NCBI GenBank assembly: GCA_041336395.1
Contig: JBGKWP010000007.1
Location: 165,845 to 229,844 of the forward strand
Direction of reading: 5' to 3'
Source of the DNA: Roseburia sp.
Lineage (GTDB): Bacteria > Bacillota > Clostridia > Lachnospirales > Lachnospiraceae
Length of the DNA stretch: 64,000 nucleotides
A model generated the notes under the pieces. That model made no database searches, was not told the DNA's origin, and saw only the letters and a program-made list of their open reading frames with translations. Position numbers and translations under genes: made by a program. Shown here in pieces: positions 1-8,901 of this stretch. Within the stretch, counting starts at the first letter, position 1. Each line of letters starts with the position of its first letter.

Positions 1-976
1 CCTCTAACTGATCCTTCTGGTCACTGGTTCCACTTGTCTGATATTTCTGCATATCAACGTTGTTCTGCGCGGAAGCGATACTTCGGTTTGTGCTGGTCTG
101 GGTATCACTATAACCCGTTTTTGCTGTCTCAATCGCCTCCTGCGCGGATTTTAAGCTGTCCGCATAGGTATCTAACTCCGCCTCTAAGCCCGTAATCTCT
201 GCGGTCAGGGAATCACACTTTGCAGCCAGTTGTGTATACAGATCCTGTTTCTGCGCATAGTTACTCTCCGCCTCACTTGCCGCATCTGCAAGCTGCTTAT
301 CCTGCGGGTTTGCATCTGCCTGTGCCCTTGCACTCTGCGCCTCATTCTTGGCATCTGCTGCCTGGCTTTTCGCATCCTCCCTTGCAGCGGCGGTGTTGTT
401 CAGATCATTTTTCTTCGTGGTGATGCTATTCTGGCATTTATCCCTTTTTGCCACCAGCTCATCATAACCTGCCTGCGCTTTGCCTATCTCTCCGGAAGCC
501 TTAGAAAGGGCACTCGCCTGATCCTGCTTTGCCTCTGAGAGATTCTCCTGTTTTAATTTTGCATCGTTTGCTGCTAACGCATCTGCATTTCGGACGCTCG
601 TCTCAAGCTCTGCGATCTGCTTCTCAATATCCTCCTGATCGAGTGTCACAAGCGGATCTCCCTCTGTGACAAGATCGCCGACCTGTACGTCTACTGCTGT
701 GATTTCTGCTGCCGCGATGGACATTACATTGGTCTTGCTCTCACCGGCAATGGTTCCTTTTAAAGAAATGGAATCCGACAGATCTCTTTTCTCCACCGGC
801 TCGATCTCCACGGTATTGGCAACGCTCTCCACCTGTGCTGTCATTTTTTTCAATGCCCCTGCGATTACACCGATTACAATCACGATGACCAAAATCACTA
901 CGAGCACGATCTTTTTTTTCTTTTTCTGTGGAGCAGCAACTGCTGTTCCATCCTGTTTCTTTTGAAATAAATGCAT
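1..976 (-). CDS. Efflux RND/HlyD-family periplasmic adaptor (membrane fusion protein), 3' end outside the window
   Basis: Not in the ORF track because it runs off the edge. Manual translation from ATG 976 (RBS GAGGAG): MHLFQKKQDG...KKKKKIVLVVILVIVIVIGVIAG (TM anchor)...LKGTIAG...VDVQVGDLVTEGDPLVTLD (biotin/lipoyl-like half motif), then a long Ala/Gln/Lys coiled coil. Confidence 0.8.
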   Translation of the reverse strand, partial: MHLFQKKQDGTAVAAPQKKKKKIVLVVILVIVIVIGVIAGALKKMTAQVESVANTVEIEPVEKRDLSDSISLKGTIAGESKTNVMSIAAAEITAVDVQVGDLVTEGDPLVTLDQEDIEKQIAELETSVRNADALAANDAKLKQENLSEAKQDQASALSKASGEIGKAQAGYDELVAKRDKCQNSITTKKNDLNNTAAAREDAKSQAADAKNEAQSARAQADANPQDKQLADAASEAESNYAQKQDLYTQLAAKCDSLTAEITGLEAELDTYADSLKSAQEAIETAKTGYSDTQTSTNRSIASAQNNVDMQKYQTSGTSDQKDQLE

Positions 977-1072
977 GTTTTTTGTCTCCTCTTTTCCCTT
1001 TTTTCCTGTATAGCAGGACTCTTTCCTGGGTGTTATGGAAATTTTATCACAGCTTTTCAAAAAGGAAACAGA

Positions 1073-1089
1073 GTTAAGCAATTCTTAAG
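1073..1089 (-). promoter_or_regulatory. Candidate OmpR/PhoB-family regulator direct repeat upstream of the adaptor gene
   Basis: Minus strand CTTAAG-N5-CTTAAC (11-bp period), upstream of an extended -10 (TGATAAAAT) that has no good -35. Confidence 0.45.
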
Positions 1090-1138
1090 TTTTTTTTCGG
1101 AATTCTTTATAAACGTATAAAGGTCAAAAACTTGGAGT

Positions 1139-2506
1139 TCACGGCGATAACACCTTATCAAGCACATCCGCTAACGGCACCATTGCATTCATGGCTTCCT
1201 GCACCGTGTTCGTCTGCGCACCAACTTCTACCAGAAGCGACTTCGGCTTATAGTGCATATTAAAGCGGTACCCCTTCAGATAAACTTTCCGCGTGTAGCC
1301 CGGGTAATATTCTGCCGCCGTAAGCTGCATCTGAAAGGAAAATGCCAGATTGTCGGCTATGTAAGGGTTGTAAAGATAGGAGATATCCCCCAGCGCCGTT
1401 GTACGGCTTAATCCGTTGAAAAACATGACCTTCGCCATGTCCGTTCCGTTCACATTCGTAACCAGCCTCGTAGTTTCCCCTACCCCGTCCCGGTGCAGAT
1501 CGATCACCACGTCAATCTGCGGATTGTCCGCAAGAAGCTTTTCTAAGGCCGGTGCCGCCTTCGAGTAGGCTTTGTCGCGGACAGTGTCATACTCGCCTCT
1601 GTCGTGGATGACGTTATATCCGTACTGCTCGGTCAGGATTTGCGTCAGGTAGTCCCCAACCCCGACCACACTCGTAGCCTGATCCCCCGGGATCGAATCT
1701 GCATAGCCTTCCTGGGAATGAGTATGATAAATGAGAATCTGCGGGCTTGACGCATCATGTGCGATGCGCATATCTTTTCCCATTAGTGACTGCACATTCA
1801 GCTGGTCACTTTTGATTGTGGTGGTACTGTCAATCTGATAAAAATTCTGCACCAGATAGTCAAAATCACTTAATTTGTCCATGGAATATTCCACCACCTT
1901 CTGCGTGGCGGTCACCGGCTGTACCGCATCTGCATCCTGCAGCGTGTCCTGATTCTCTGGCTGCGGCTCCTGCAGGTATGTGTGTTCCTCTCCTGCCTCC
2001 CCATCTCCGTTTTCAGACCCTGATGCCATTTCCTCCTGATTTTCCATGTCTTCTTCTCCATCACTGCCTGTATTCTGCTCTTCTGTCGCACCGGTATCCT
2101 GTGCATACTCCTCCCCATCTCCATTTTGAATGACAACCTGTCCATTCTCATCTATATAGTTTTCATCCCGCGCCTCTAAGGCAAGGATCATCTCATAGGA
2201 AAGGCTGCTCTGAACATCTGTTTCGTATTCCACAAGTCCTGCCTGTACATCTGCTGCCGGAAAAAGAAAGCTCTCCACACTCTCGAATACCGTTTTGGGC
2301 AGCGGCTGCTCCTCATATGCTAACACCGGCACAAAAAAATGCTGCACCCACTCGCAGCTATGACAGACAAATTCTTGCCATCCCATCCGAAACAGCAGCT
2401 CCCACTGCCCAAGAAAAATAACCACTGCAACGATTGCAAGCAGCAGAACTGCGCAGACTTTCCCTCTTTTTTTCCCTTTTCTCTTTCTGACCCTGTTATG
2501 ATACAT
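1139..2506 (-). CDS. spoIIP: Stage II sporulation protein P (amidase/endopeptidase)
   Basis: Motifs IYHTHSQE, IDLHRDG and LLVEVGAQTN; N-terminal TM segment and acidic linker; directly downstream of gpr. Start uncertain. Confidence 0.92.
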   Translation of the reverse strand: MYHNRVRKRKGKKRGKVCAVLLLAIVAVVIFLGQWELLFRMGWQEFVCHSCEWVQHFFVPVLAYEEQPLPKTVFESVESFLFPAADVQAGLVEYETDVQSSLSYEMILALEARDENYIDENGQVVIQNGDGEEYAQDTGATEEQNTGSDGEEDMENQEEMASGSENGDGEAGEEHTYLQEPQPENQDTLQDADAVQPVTATQKVVEYSMDKLSDFDYLVQNFYQIDSTTTIKSDQLNVQSLMGKDMRIAHDASSPQILIYHTHSQEGYADSIPGDQATSVVGVGDYLTQILTEQYGYNVIHDRGEYDTVRDKAYSKAAPALEKLLADNPQIDVVIDLHRDGVGETTRLVTNVNGTDMAKVMFFNGLSRTTALGDISYLYNPYIADNLAFSFQMQLTAAEYYPGYTRKVYLKGYRFNMHYKPKSLLVEVGAQTNTVQEAMNAMVPLADVLDKVLSP

Positions 2507-2533
2507 ACTATACTTTATGCAAAAGGACAGCTC

Positions 2534-3502
2534 TTATTCCTGATTTTCAAAAATATTCCGGTCAACAAACGCAATGTTCAATGCCTCTGAAATGGTGTAG
2601 CTCAGACGTTTTACTGATTCATCAATATCCTTGGGCGTGACGAACATGGTATTTAAGTTTGGGGACAACAATTCTCGGATCAACTCGTATTTTTCCGCTT
2701 CGTTCAGATTTCCGAGAGAGTGTCCGATTGTTCTCAGATCTCTGTCCTGATTCATGGCCATGATGAGGTTGTACATCGTATCGTTCACGATTGTCGCGGC
2801 GTCTACAACTGTAGGTATTCCAATCGCAACCACCGGAACCCCGATGCTTTTTTCATTCAGGGCATGTCGGTGGTTGCCAACACCGCTTCCAGGGTTAATG
2901 CCGGTATCTGTCACCTGGATCGTGCGGTTCAGACGCTTTGTATTGCGCGCTGCGAGCGCATCAATGGCAATCACCACATCCGGTCTGGTCTCTTTCACCA
3001 CACCGTTTACAATCTCCATTGTCTCCATTCCAGTCTGTGCCATCACGCCAGGTACGATGCTGCTGATGCGGTTCACATGCTTTCTTCCGAACGCGTAATT
3101 TCCGTATTCCCGGATAATATGTCTCGTAATATAAAGGTTGTCCACCACGCGCGGTCCTAACGCATCCGGTGTCACTGCCCGGTTGCCAAGACCTACCACA
3201 AGCACTGACAGATCCTCTTTTTTTGTTCCAATCAGCTGTTTTATCACTTTTGCCAGCTGTTCGGAAATCTCCCTGTGGTAGCTTTCGTCCTCCTCATTCA
3301 TATCCCTGGCCTCAATCGTGATATAAGTACCCTTCGGCTTCTCCATTGCTTTCGCCCCGTTCTCTGTCTCGATCACAACCGTGCTGATGGTCAGATTCTT
3401 ATGAATGGTTTCCTCTTTGAAACGGACCCCTTTCAGTTCGACTTTCTCCTCCTGCATTTTTTCCTGCGTCTCTAATGCAAGATCTGTTCGTATCTGGTAC
3501 AT
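2534..3502 (-). CDS. gpr: GPR endopeptidase (germination protease)
   Basis: MYQIRTDLALE start, GLGNRAVTPDALGP, IDALAAR, PGSGVGNHR; RBS AGAGAGG before ATG 3502. Confidence 0.96.
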   Translation of the reverse strand: MYQIRTDLALETQEKMQEEKVELKGVRFKEETIHKNLTISTVVIETENGAKAMEKPKGTYITIEARDMNEEDESYHREISEQLAKVIKQLIGTKKEDLSVLVVGLGNRAVTPDALGPRVVDNLYITRHIIREYGNYAFGRKHVNRISSIVPGVMAQTGMETMEIVNGVVKETRPDVVIAIDALAARNTKRLNRTIQVTDTGINPGSGVGNHRHALNEKSIGVPVVAIGIPTVVDAATIVNDTMYNLIMAMNQDRDLRTIGHSLGNLNEAEKYELIRELLSPNLNTMFVTPKDIDESVKRLSYTISEALNIAFVDRNIFENQE

Positions 3503-3580
3503 TGCCTCTCTCCTTCTCTTCTTTTTTTCAGTATGCGCACCTTTTTTCAAAAAATAATTGAAAAATCTGTCAAATTTCTA

Positions 3581-3609
3581 TTGACAGATTCAAATAAATA
3601 TCCTATACT
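3581..3609 (+). promoter_or_regulatory. Sigma-A promoter of rpsT
   Basis: TTGACA (3581-3586), 17 bp spacer, TATACT (3604-3609). Confidence 0.8.
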
Positions 3610-3697
3610 CCAATAGTATGTTTACATTGAACTGTCCGTGTCCGGCTTTAATGTAACAATCATGAACAATAACAATATAAAATTGGAGGTGTACAGA

Positions 3698-3961
3698 TTG
3701 GCTAACATTAAATCTGCAAAGAAGAGAATTTTAGTAACTGAGACAAGAGCTGCTAGAAACAAATCTATCAGATCCGAAGTTAAAACAGTAAGCAAGAAAG
3801 TAGAAGCTGCTGTTGCTGCTAACGATAAGGAAGCTGCTAAGGCTGCATTAACAGTTGCAATTTCCACAATCGAGAGCGCTGCTTCAAAGGGTGTTTATCA
3901 CAAGAACAACTCTGCTAGAAAAGTTTCCCGTTTAACAAAGCTTGTTAACGCAATGGCTTAA
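3698..3961 (+). CDS. rpsT: 30S ribosomal protein S20
   Basis: TTG start after GGAGGT; ANIKSAKKR...KGVYHKNNSARKVSRL. Confidence 0.98.
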   Translation: MANIKSAKKRILVTETRAARNKSIRSEVKTVSKKVEAAVAANDKEAAKAALTVAISTIESAASKGVYHKNNSARKVSRLTKLVNAMA

Positions 3962-3992
3962 TAGAGATATAAATATTAAAATTCGCGAATTC

Positions 3993-4033
3993 AAAAAGAA
4001 ACATCAGTACCGTCATACTGATGTTTCTTTTTT
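3993..4033. terminator. Bidirectional intrinsic terminator between rpsT and holA
   Basis: AAAAAGAAACATCAGTA-ccgtca-TACTGATGTTTCTTTTT perfect hairpin between convergent genes. Confidence 0.9.
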
Positions 4034-5010
4034 TATCTGCTGTATTTCATCAGAAACAGTTCCACTGCCATCTGATCGTTCATCCGTCCTGTCTTCACCG
4101 CTTCCTCATAGTCCACGCCGTCCCGGATTGCCTGTTTTAACTGCTGCATGGTAAACCCTTTCGCCTGTGACAGATTTCTTCTCACTGCAAAAGGCGGAAT
4201 CCCGGCGTTTTTTGCCATTGCCGCATTGTCAAACCCTTTTCCTGACATATCCTTGATATTCAAAAGAATCTGGAATTGTCTGGAGATCAAGTACATGATC
4301 CGCATCGGCGGTTCTTTTAATGTCAGCAAATCATAATAAAGATCTAACGCTTTTCTCTGGTTATGCTCCGCAATCGCATTAACCATATCAAAAACTTTAT
4401 TCGTAGTCTGCTCCGTCGTCACCGCCTCCACATCAGCCGCTTCAATGACCTCTTTCTCCATACAGTAACAAAGCAGCTTCTCTAATTCACGGTCAATATT
4501 CCCCATATCGTTTCCCACTTTGTTTAAAAAGAGCTGCATGACAGAGCCTGTGATATTTTTTCCTTCTTTTTTGATCCTTGTCAAAACCCATCGGGTCAAA
4601 AGTTCCTCCGTCTGAGAGGTGAACTCTACAATTTTCCCGGCATTTTTCACCGCCTTGTAGAGCTTTGAACGCTTATCAATCTCATCCTCCACAAAGATGA
4701 AATGCGTTGTCTCCGGTATCTGCGGCATATATTCTGCCAGCTCCTCACAGGAATTTTTAAAAAAGCCGCTGTTTTCAATGAGAATCACTCTGCGGTCCGC
4801 GAAAAATGGCAGCGTTTCTGCCAGGTCGATCACTTCTTTCGGGTTGATTCCCTTCCCTTCGTAAGCGGAAAAATTCATACTGTCATCCGGATCTGCCATC
4901 GCACGTTTCAGTTTGTCTTTGTATTGTTTTTTCAGATAGGCTTCCTCCCCGCACAGGAGGTACACGCTCTGGAACTGCCCGTTCCGGATATCTTCGTCGA
5001 TTGTTTTCAT
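4033..5010 (-). CDS. holA: DNA polymerase III subunit delta
   Basis: VYLLCGEEAYL, ETLPFFADRRVI, ELEKL; position between comEC and rpsT is typical of Firmicutes. Confidence 0.96.
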   Translation of the reverse strand: MKTIDEDIRNGQFQSVYLLCGEEAYLKKQYKDKLKRAMADPDDSMNFSAYEGKGINPKEVIDLAETLPFFADRRVILIENSGFFKNSCEELAEYMPQIPETTHFIFVEDEIDKRSKLYKAVKNAGKIVEFTSQTEELLTRWVLTRIKKEGKNITGSVMQLFLNKVGNDMGNIDRELEKLLCYCMEKEVIEAADVEAVTTEQTTNKVFDMVNAIAEHNQRKALDLYYDLLTLKEPPMRIMYLISRQFQILLNIKDMSGKGFDNAAMAKNAGIPPFAVRRNLSQAKGFTMQQLKQAIRDGVDYEEAVKTGRMNDQMAVELFLMKYSR

Positions 5011-5023
5011 GATGTTGTTCCTT

Positions 5024-5194
5024 TTAGATTCGTGTATATTGCATGAGCTCGTAGTGGAGGGTGCAGCCTTCCGTGATCTCCATTGGTAGAAGGGCTCTGG
5101 CTACGAGCTTTAAGTCTTCTTCCGGGGCATCTAAGCGTCGCAGGTGGGCGTAATCGCCGTCAATTTGTTCTACTTTGTAGTCGCATATTAGCAT
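5024..5194 (-). CDS. Small conserved-looking protein (56 aa), function unknown
   Basis: Manual translation MLICDYKVEQIDGDYAHLRRLDAPEEDLKLVARALLPMEITEGCTLHYELMQYTRI*. Strong RBS AAAGGAG; its stop codon abuts the holA RBS. Below the 60-aa ORF-track cutoff. Confidence 0.8.
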   Translation of the reverse strand: MLICDYKVEQIDGDYAHLRRLDAPEEDLKLVARALLPMEITEGCTLHYELMQYTRI

Positions 5195-5224
5195 AGTGGG
5201 TTAATTCTCCTTTGGATTAGTAAT

Positions 5225-5467
5225 GGGGGCGAAACTCGAATGTAGATTATGTAGTATTTGAACAAGAGACAGTGCTACCTGAATACACGCTCTCGCTCTG
5301 CGTCGCTCGCAGCGGTACTAAGCTTGCAGGTGCGCATTGAAATACTTATGGCATGCCCCACTATAGCTGCGCACCTGCGAGCTAAGGACCGGCGGCTCCT
5401 CAAGGTATTCTTCCAAAGACGCCCGCCCTGCCAAATCTTCGATCGTTTTGTTACGAGTTTCGCTTTT
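5225..5467. repeat. Long palindromic intergenic element (REP/MITE-like)
   Basis: Nested inverted repeats: GCGAAACTCG 5229-5238 / CGAGTTTCGC 5454-5463; GAATAC 5281-5286 / GTATTC 5405-5410; AGCTTGCAGGTGCGCA 5321-5336 / TGCGCACCTGCGAGCT 5368-5383. Confidence 0.7.
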
Positions 5468-5567
5468 AAAATTAGAAGGAATCAAAGTATGGAATATTGC
5501 TCTGATATTCCTCCCTCATCTGCTCTATATTATAAAACAAGATACTTCTTTTGTCTGCTAAATTTTT

Positions 5568-7892
5568 TTATGGTTCCTGCTCTTTCTTCGTAACATCCGG
5601 CAGATAGGTATCTGCGACCAGATTACCTCCCGGGTGGCGAAGGCGGATTCTGCCACTGTACATCGTGTAGAAGATTTCGCTGCCGGTCTGTTCGATGTGG
5701 TCAATGGCGTCGGCGGACGGATGCCCGTAACGGTTATGGATGCCACAGGAAATAGCAGTAATGGACGGGGAGAGCTGTTTTAAGAAGCTTTCACTATTGG
5801 AATACCTCGAGCCGTGATGGGCTGCTTTGTAGAAGTCAACAGCAGTTACATCTGCCCTGGACAAAAGATATTTCTCCTCTTTCTCACTGATATCACCGGT
5901 GAAAATACCACAGAAGGAGGAATCTTCATATTCCATGACCAGGGAGAGCGCGTTTTTCTCAGATTCCCCGTAGTCTGTATCCGGAAACAGACATTGAAGG
6001 CTCATGCTTTTATCTCTTATGGCATCGCCCTGCCTGACTTTTAAGATGTTGCAGCCGTGGTTTTTCGCCAAGGCGGTCAGTTCTGTGAACGCTTCGTCCT
6101 CCGGGATCCGATCAGAAAAGACCAGATTTTGCACAGAATAGTCTGCTTCGAGCACCTCGATAAGTCCCGAGATGTGGTCAGCATCCGTGTGTGTGACGAT
6201 CCAGTAATCGATCTGTTTCACACCTTTTGCCTTAAGGAACGGCAGGATGCGGCAGGTTCCCACTTTTTTCACATCAGTACTTCCTCCGTCGAAGAAAAGT
6301 TCTGTCCCTGCATCCGTGTGCAGGTAGATACCGTCCCCCTGCCCGACATCTAACACATCCAGCTCAAATCCCCGGATTGGATTCCAGAGAACGAAAAGAA
6401 GCGCGCACAATGTCAGCAGCACAAATCCTTTTCTGGATTTTCTTCTTTGCACGGCAAGCAGGCAGACTGCCAGAAACAGATAAAAGCAGACTAGCTTTCT
6501 ACTGTCCGGCTGCCCCGTTATGACCGTTGAAAACGGCAGCTTCCCGCTGATGCTGCAGATTTTCTCATAAAAATTGAGAATCCAGTGACAGGGAATAAAG
6601 AGCAGTTTTGCCGGGACTGCGAAAAAGATTCCAAACAGCCCACCGGAAAGTCCAAGAAAAAGCAGCAGCCCGACAAGAGGCAATATCAAATAATTCATGC
6701 ACATAGACCAGACCGGCACCTCATAGAAGAAATAAGCACTCAGAGGAACCGTTGCCAGTTGGATGGAGAAACTGACAAGCAGGCTTTCCGTCACAGACAG
6801 AAATGGCTTTTCCACTGCAAGCAGGGTCTGTGCTGTTACTGCAATCCCCAAAACTGCCGCAAAGGACAACAGAAACCCAGCATACCACAAAAGATTCGGG
6901 TTCTGCCACAGCAAACACACCGCTGCAAAAGAAAGCGCCGAGAGCAGATCATAACTCCTCCCGAGACATTGCCCTGCCAGCATCACGGCAAACATGACGA
7001 CTGCCCGCACTGTGGAGGTTCCCATCCCGGACATTACACCATAGCCTCCTAAAAGCAGGAAGGCAGCTGTTCCCGCCGCAAAATGGGAGTTCCCCATTTT
7101 CCGCAGAATCTGATAAATTCCCATCCCAAGAATTGAGATATGAAGCCCCGAAATAGCAAGAATATGCGAAATCCCAGCCTTCTGGTACATCTGCCTCGTC
7201 CCGGCATCCAGGAGGCTCTTATCCCCCATCGTCATCGTCTCTAATACCCCGGCATCCTCTTCTGACAGATAACTTTGGTACACATTCCGGATCTGTTTTC
7301 TGAGACCAAACAGCCTTTCTCCGATTCCATCCGTTCTTCCATACTTCTCTTTGATACTGGCGTTTTTCATGGAAAAACCGATATTTTTCGACCGGTAAAA
7401 AGCTTTTGCATCAAAGTTTCCCTCGTTGCGCGCGCTCTCCCATAATGCAATTGTCCCTTCCACAATGAGAATCTGACCGACAGATGCCGCGTCGGTCTGC
7501 TGATAAAAAAGAATCCGGTCACAGGGCAGCACTTCCTGCCCCACCAGAATATAACAGTCTTTCAGATGATAGACAAATTGTTCCCCTTTCCACTCTTTGC
7601 CGGACAGCGTCCCCTGCACTGTAGCTTCCATACCGTCCCGGATTACCGCCTCATACGCTGCAGTGAGCGCTTCTTTCTGTCCGAAACGCATTGTGCCAAG
7701 AAAAAAGAACCCTATATAGCATAAAAACCAGATGCGCAGCGTGCGCCTGGCTTTCGGCTCTGACAGCAGCACATACAGCACGATCCCTGCCATCACACAT
7801 GCCGCTGCTGCCAGAAGCAGATTTTGATACTTTTTTATTAAAATTCCAAAAACAAATCCAGATGCCATTCCACACAATGGCCTCTTTAACAC
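5568..7892 (-). CDS. comEC: DNA internalization competence protein ComEC/Rec2
   Basis: HILAISGLHI competence-domain motif, many TM segments, and a C-terminal metallo-beta-lactamase domain (DVGQGD, THTDADHISG, AAHHGS, NRYGHP). Confidence 0.96.
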   Translation of the reverse strand: MLKRPLCGMASGFVFGILIKKYQNLLLAAAACVMAGIVLYVLLSEPKARRTLRIWFLCYIGFFFLGTMRFGQKEALTAAYEAVIRDGMEATVQGTLSGKEWKGEQFVYHLKDCYILVGQEVLPCDRILFYQQTDAASVGQILIVEGTIALWESARNEGNFDAKAFYRSKNIGFSMKNASIKEKYGRTDGIGERLFGLRKQIRNVYQSYLSEEDAGVLETMTMGDKSLLDAGTRQMYQKAGISHILAISGLHISILGMGIYQILRKMGNSHFAAGTAAFLLLGGYGVMSGMGTSTVRAVVMFAVMLAGQCLGRSYDLLSALSFAAVCLLWQNPNLLWYAGFLLSFAAVLGIAVTAQTLLAVEKPFLSVTESLLVSFSIQLATVPLSAYFFYEVPVWSMCMNYLILPLVGLLLFLGLSGGLFGIFFAVPAKLLFIPCHWILNFYEKICSISGKLPFSTVITGQPDSRKLVCFYLFLAVCLLAVQRRKSRKGFVLLTLCALLFVLWNPIRGFELDVLDVGQGDGIYLHTDAGTELFFDGGSTDVKKVGTCRILPFLKAKGVKQIDYWIVTHTDADHISGLIEVLEADYSVQNLVFSDRIPEDEAFTELTALAKNHGCNILKVRQGDAIRDKSMSLQCLFPDTDYGESEKNALSLVMEYEDSSFCGIFTGDISEKEEKYLLSRADVTAVDFYKAAHHGSRYSNSESFLKQLSPSITAISCGIHNRYGHPSADAIDHIEQTGSEIFYTMYSGRIRLRHPGGNLVADTYLPDVTKKEQEP

Positions 7893-7899
7893 CGAATCG

Positions 7900-8892
7900 T
7901 CAATCCTCCGTTTCTGACGGGGCTGCCTGTGTGCTCTCTGTCTCTGACGGTACCACAGTCACGTAATCAAGGTTTCTGTCATACATATCCGCCAGCTTGA
8001 AATTGTCACGGTACACCCCGCTCGTATCTCCGTTCACTGAAATCTGTACTTTGCTGATCGAAGAAAGTTCCGACAGGGAATCCACGATAGAATAAATTAC
8101 GATTGCCTCATTTACCGAATAATCCTGGTTCTTAAACGTCTCGTCAAAGCTCACATAACACACCCCATCCACCAGTGAAACGCTGATGAGCTTCGTTCCG
8201 GTTGGAATGGCTGATTTGGCTCCACTTATTTCCGGTCCAACGAGAAGCTGCTCCATAATTAGCTTTTCTAACGAAATGTTGCTGCTGTAGTGTACTTTTC
8301 TCGTCTCCTTCACGAGCCCGTCCCCTGTTTCATTGGAAAAATAGAGCGTAAGGTTCGTATTTTGGATGGAGTTGATCTGCTCCCCCGGGTTCTCCACGAA
8401 GCTCTCTCTGTACATCGTTCCTACAAGCCTGCCCTCAGCATCCGTAAGCGGCGTCTCATCCACATAAAAATTCACACAGTCCACACCTGCAATCTGCGTT
8501 ACGGTCCGGACAATCGCAGCACGGCACAGTACTTCCTCCACCTCATTCATATTCAGGTAATCCGCATCGAAATAAATCGTAAGAAGCGCTCCGTCAAGAG
8601 AATACTTCGTAATCTCCACATCGCTCGGAATCGGCTTTCTGTAATCTACATCATCCGGCTCCGCACATAAAGCTGCGAAAAATTCCTCGATCATGGTCTC
8701 TGTTGTTGTTGCCTTCATCTCATAAGGCACCTCCACGATCCCCGTTTTATCCTTATTCAGATAAGCAATATGATACCGGCTCTCCTCCTGTGTTTTTCCG
8801 CATCCTGCTGTTAAAAGCAACACAAAAAGCAGAAAATGCACGGGCACAAACATCCGGAAATATCTTTTTTTTCTCATATATGGCTGCTCCAT
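7900..8892 (-). CDS. GerMN domain lipoprotein (two GerMN-like repeats)
   Basis: Lipobox LTAG-C; two repeats ending AIVRTVTQIAGVDCVNFYVD and SIVDSLSELSSISKVQISVNG; LYFSN...LVKETR motif. Confidence 0.85.
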   Translation of the reverse strand: MEQPYMRKKRYFRMFVPVHFLLFVLLLTAGCGKTQEESRYHIAYLNKDKTGIVEVPYEMKATTTETMIEEFFAALCAEPDDVDYRKPIPSDVEITKYSLDGALLTIYFDADYLNMNEVEEVLCRAAIVRTVTQIAGVDCVNFYVDETPLTDAEGRLVGTMYRESFVENPGEQINSIQNTNLTLYFSNETGDGLVKETRKVHYSSNISLEKLIMEQLLVGPEISGAKSAIPTGTKLISVSLVDGVCYVSFDETFKNQDYSVNEAIVIYSIVDSLSELSSISKVQISVNGDTSGVYRDNFKLADMYDRNLDYVTVVPSETESTQAAPSETED

Positions 8893-8901
8893 TCTTCTTT
8901 G

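Noticed and set aside
5046..5109. 9-bp inverted repeat AGCTCGTAG/CTACGAGCT, first read as part of an RNA structure
   Set aside because: It lies within the 56-aa coding frame and is adequately explained by the codons.
5258..5593. 111-aa plus-strand ORF over the palindromic element
   Set aside because: No RBS and no protein-like motifs; the nested inverted repeats explain the sequence better.
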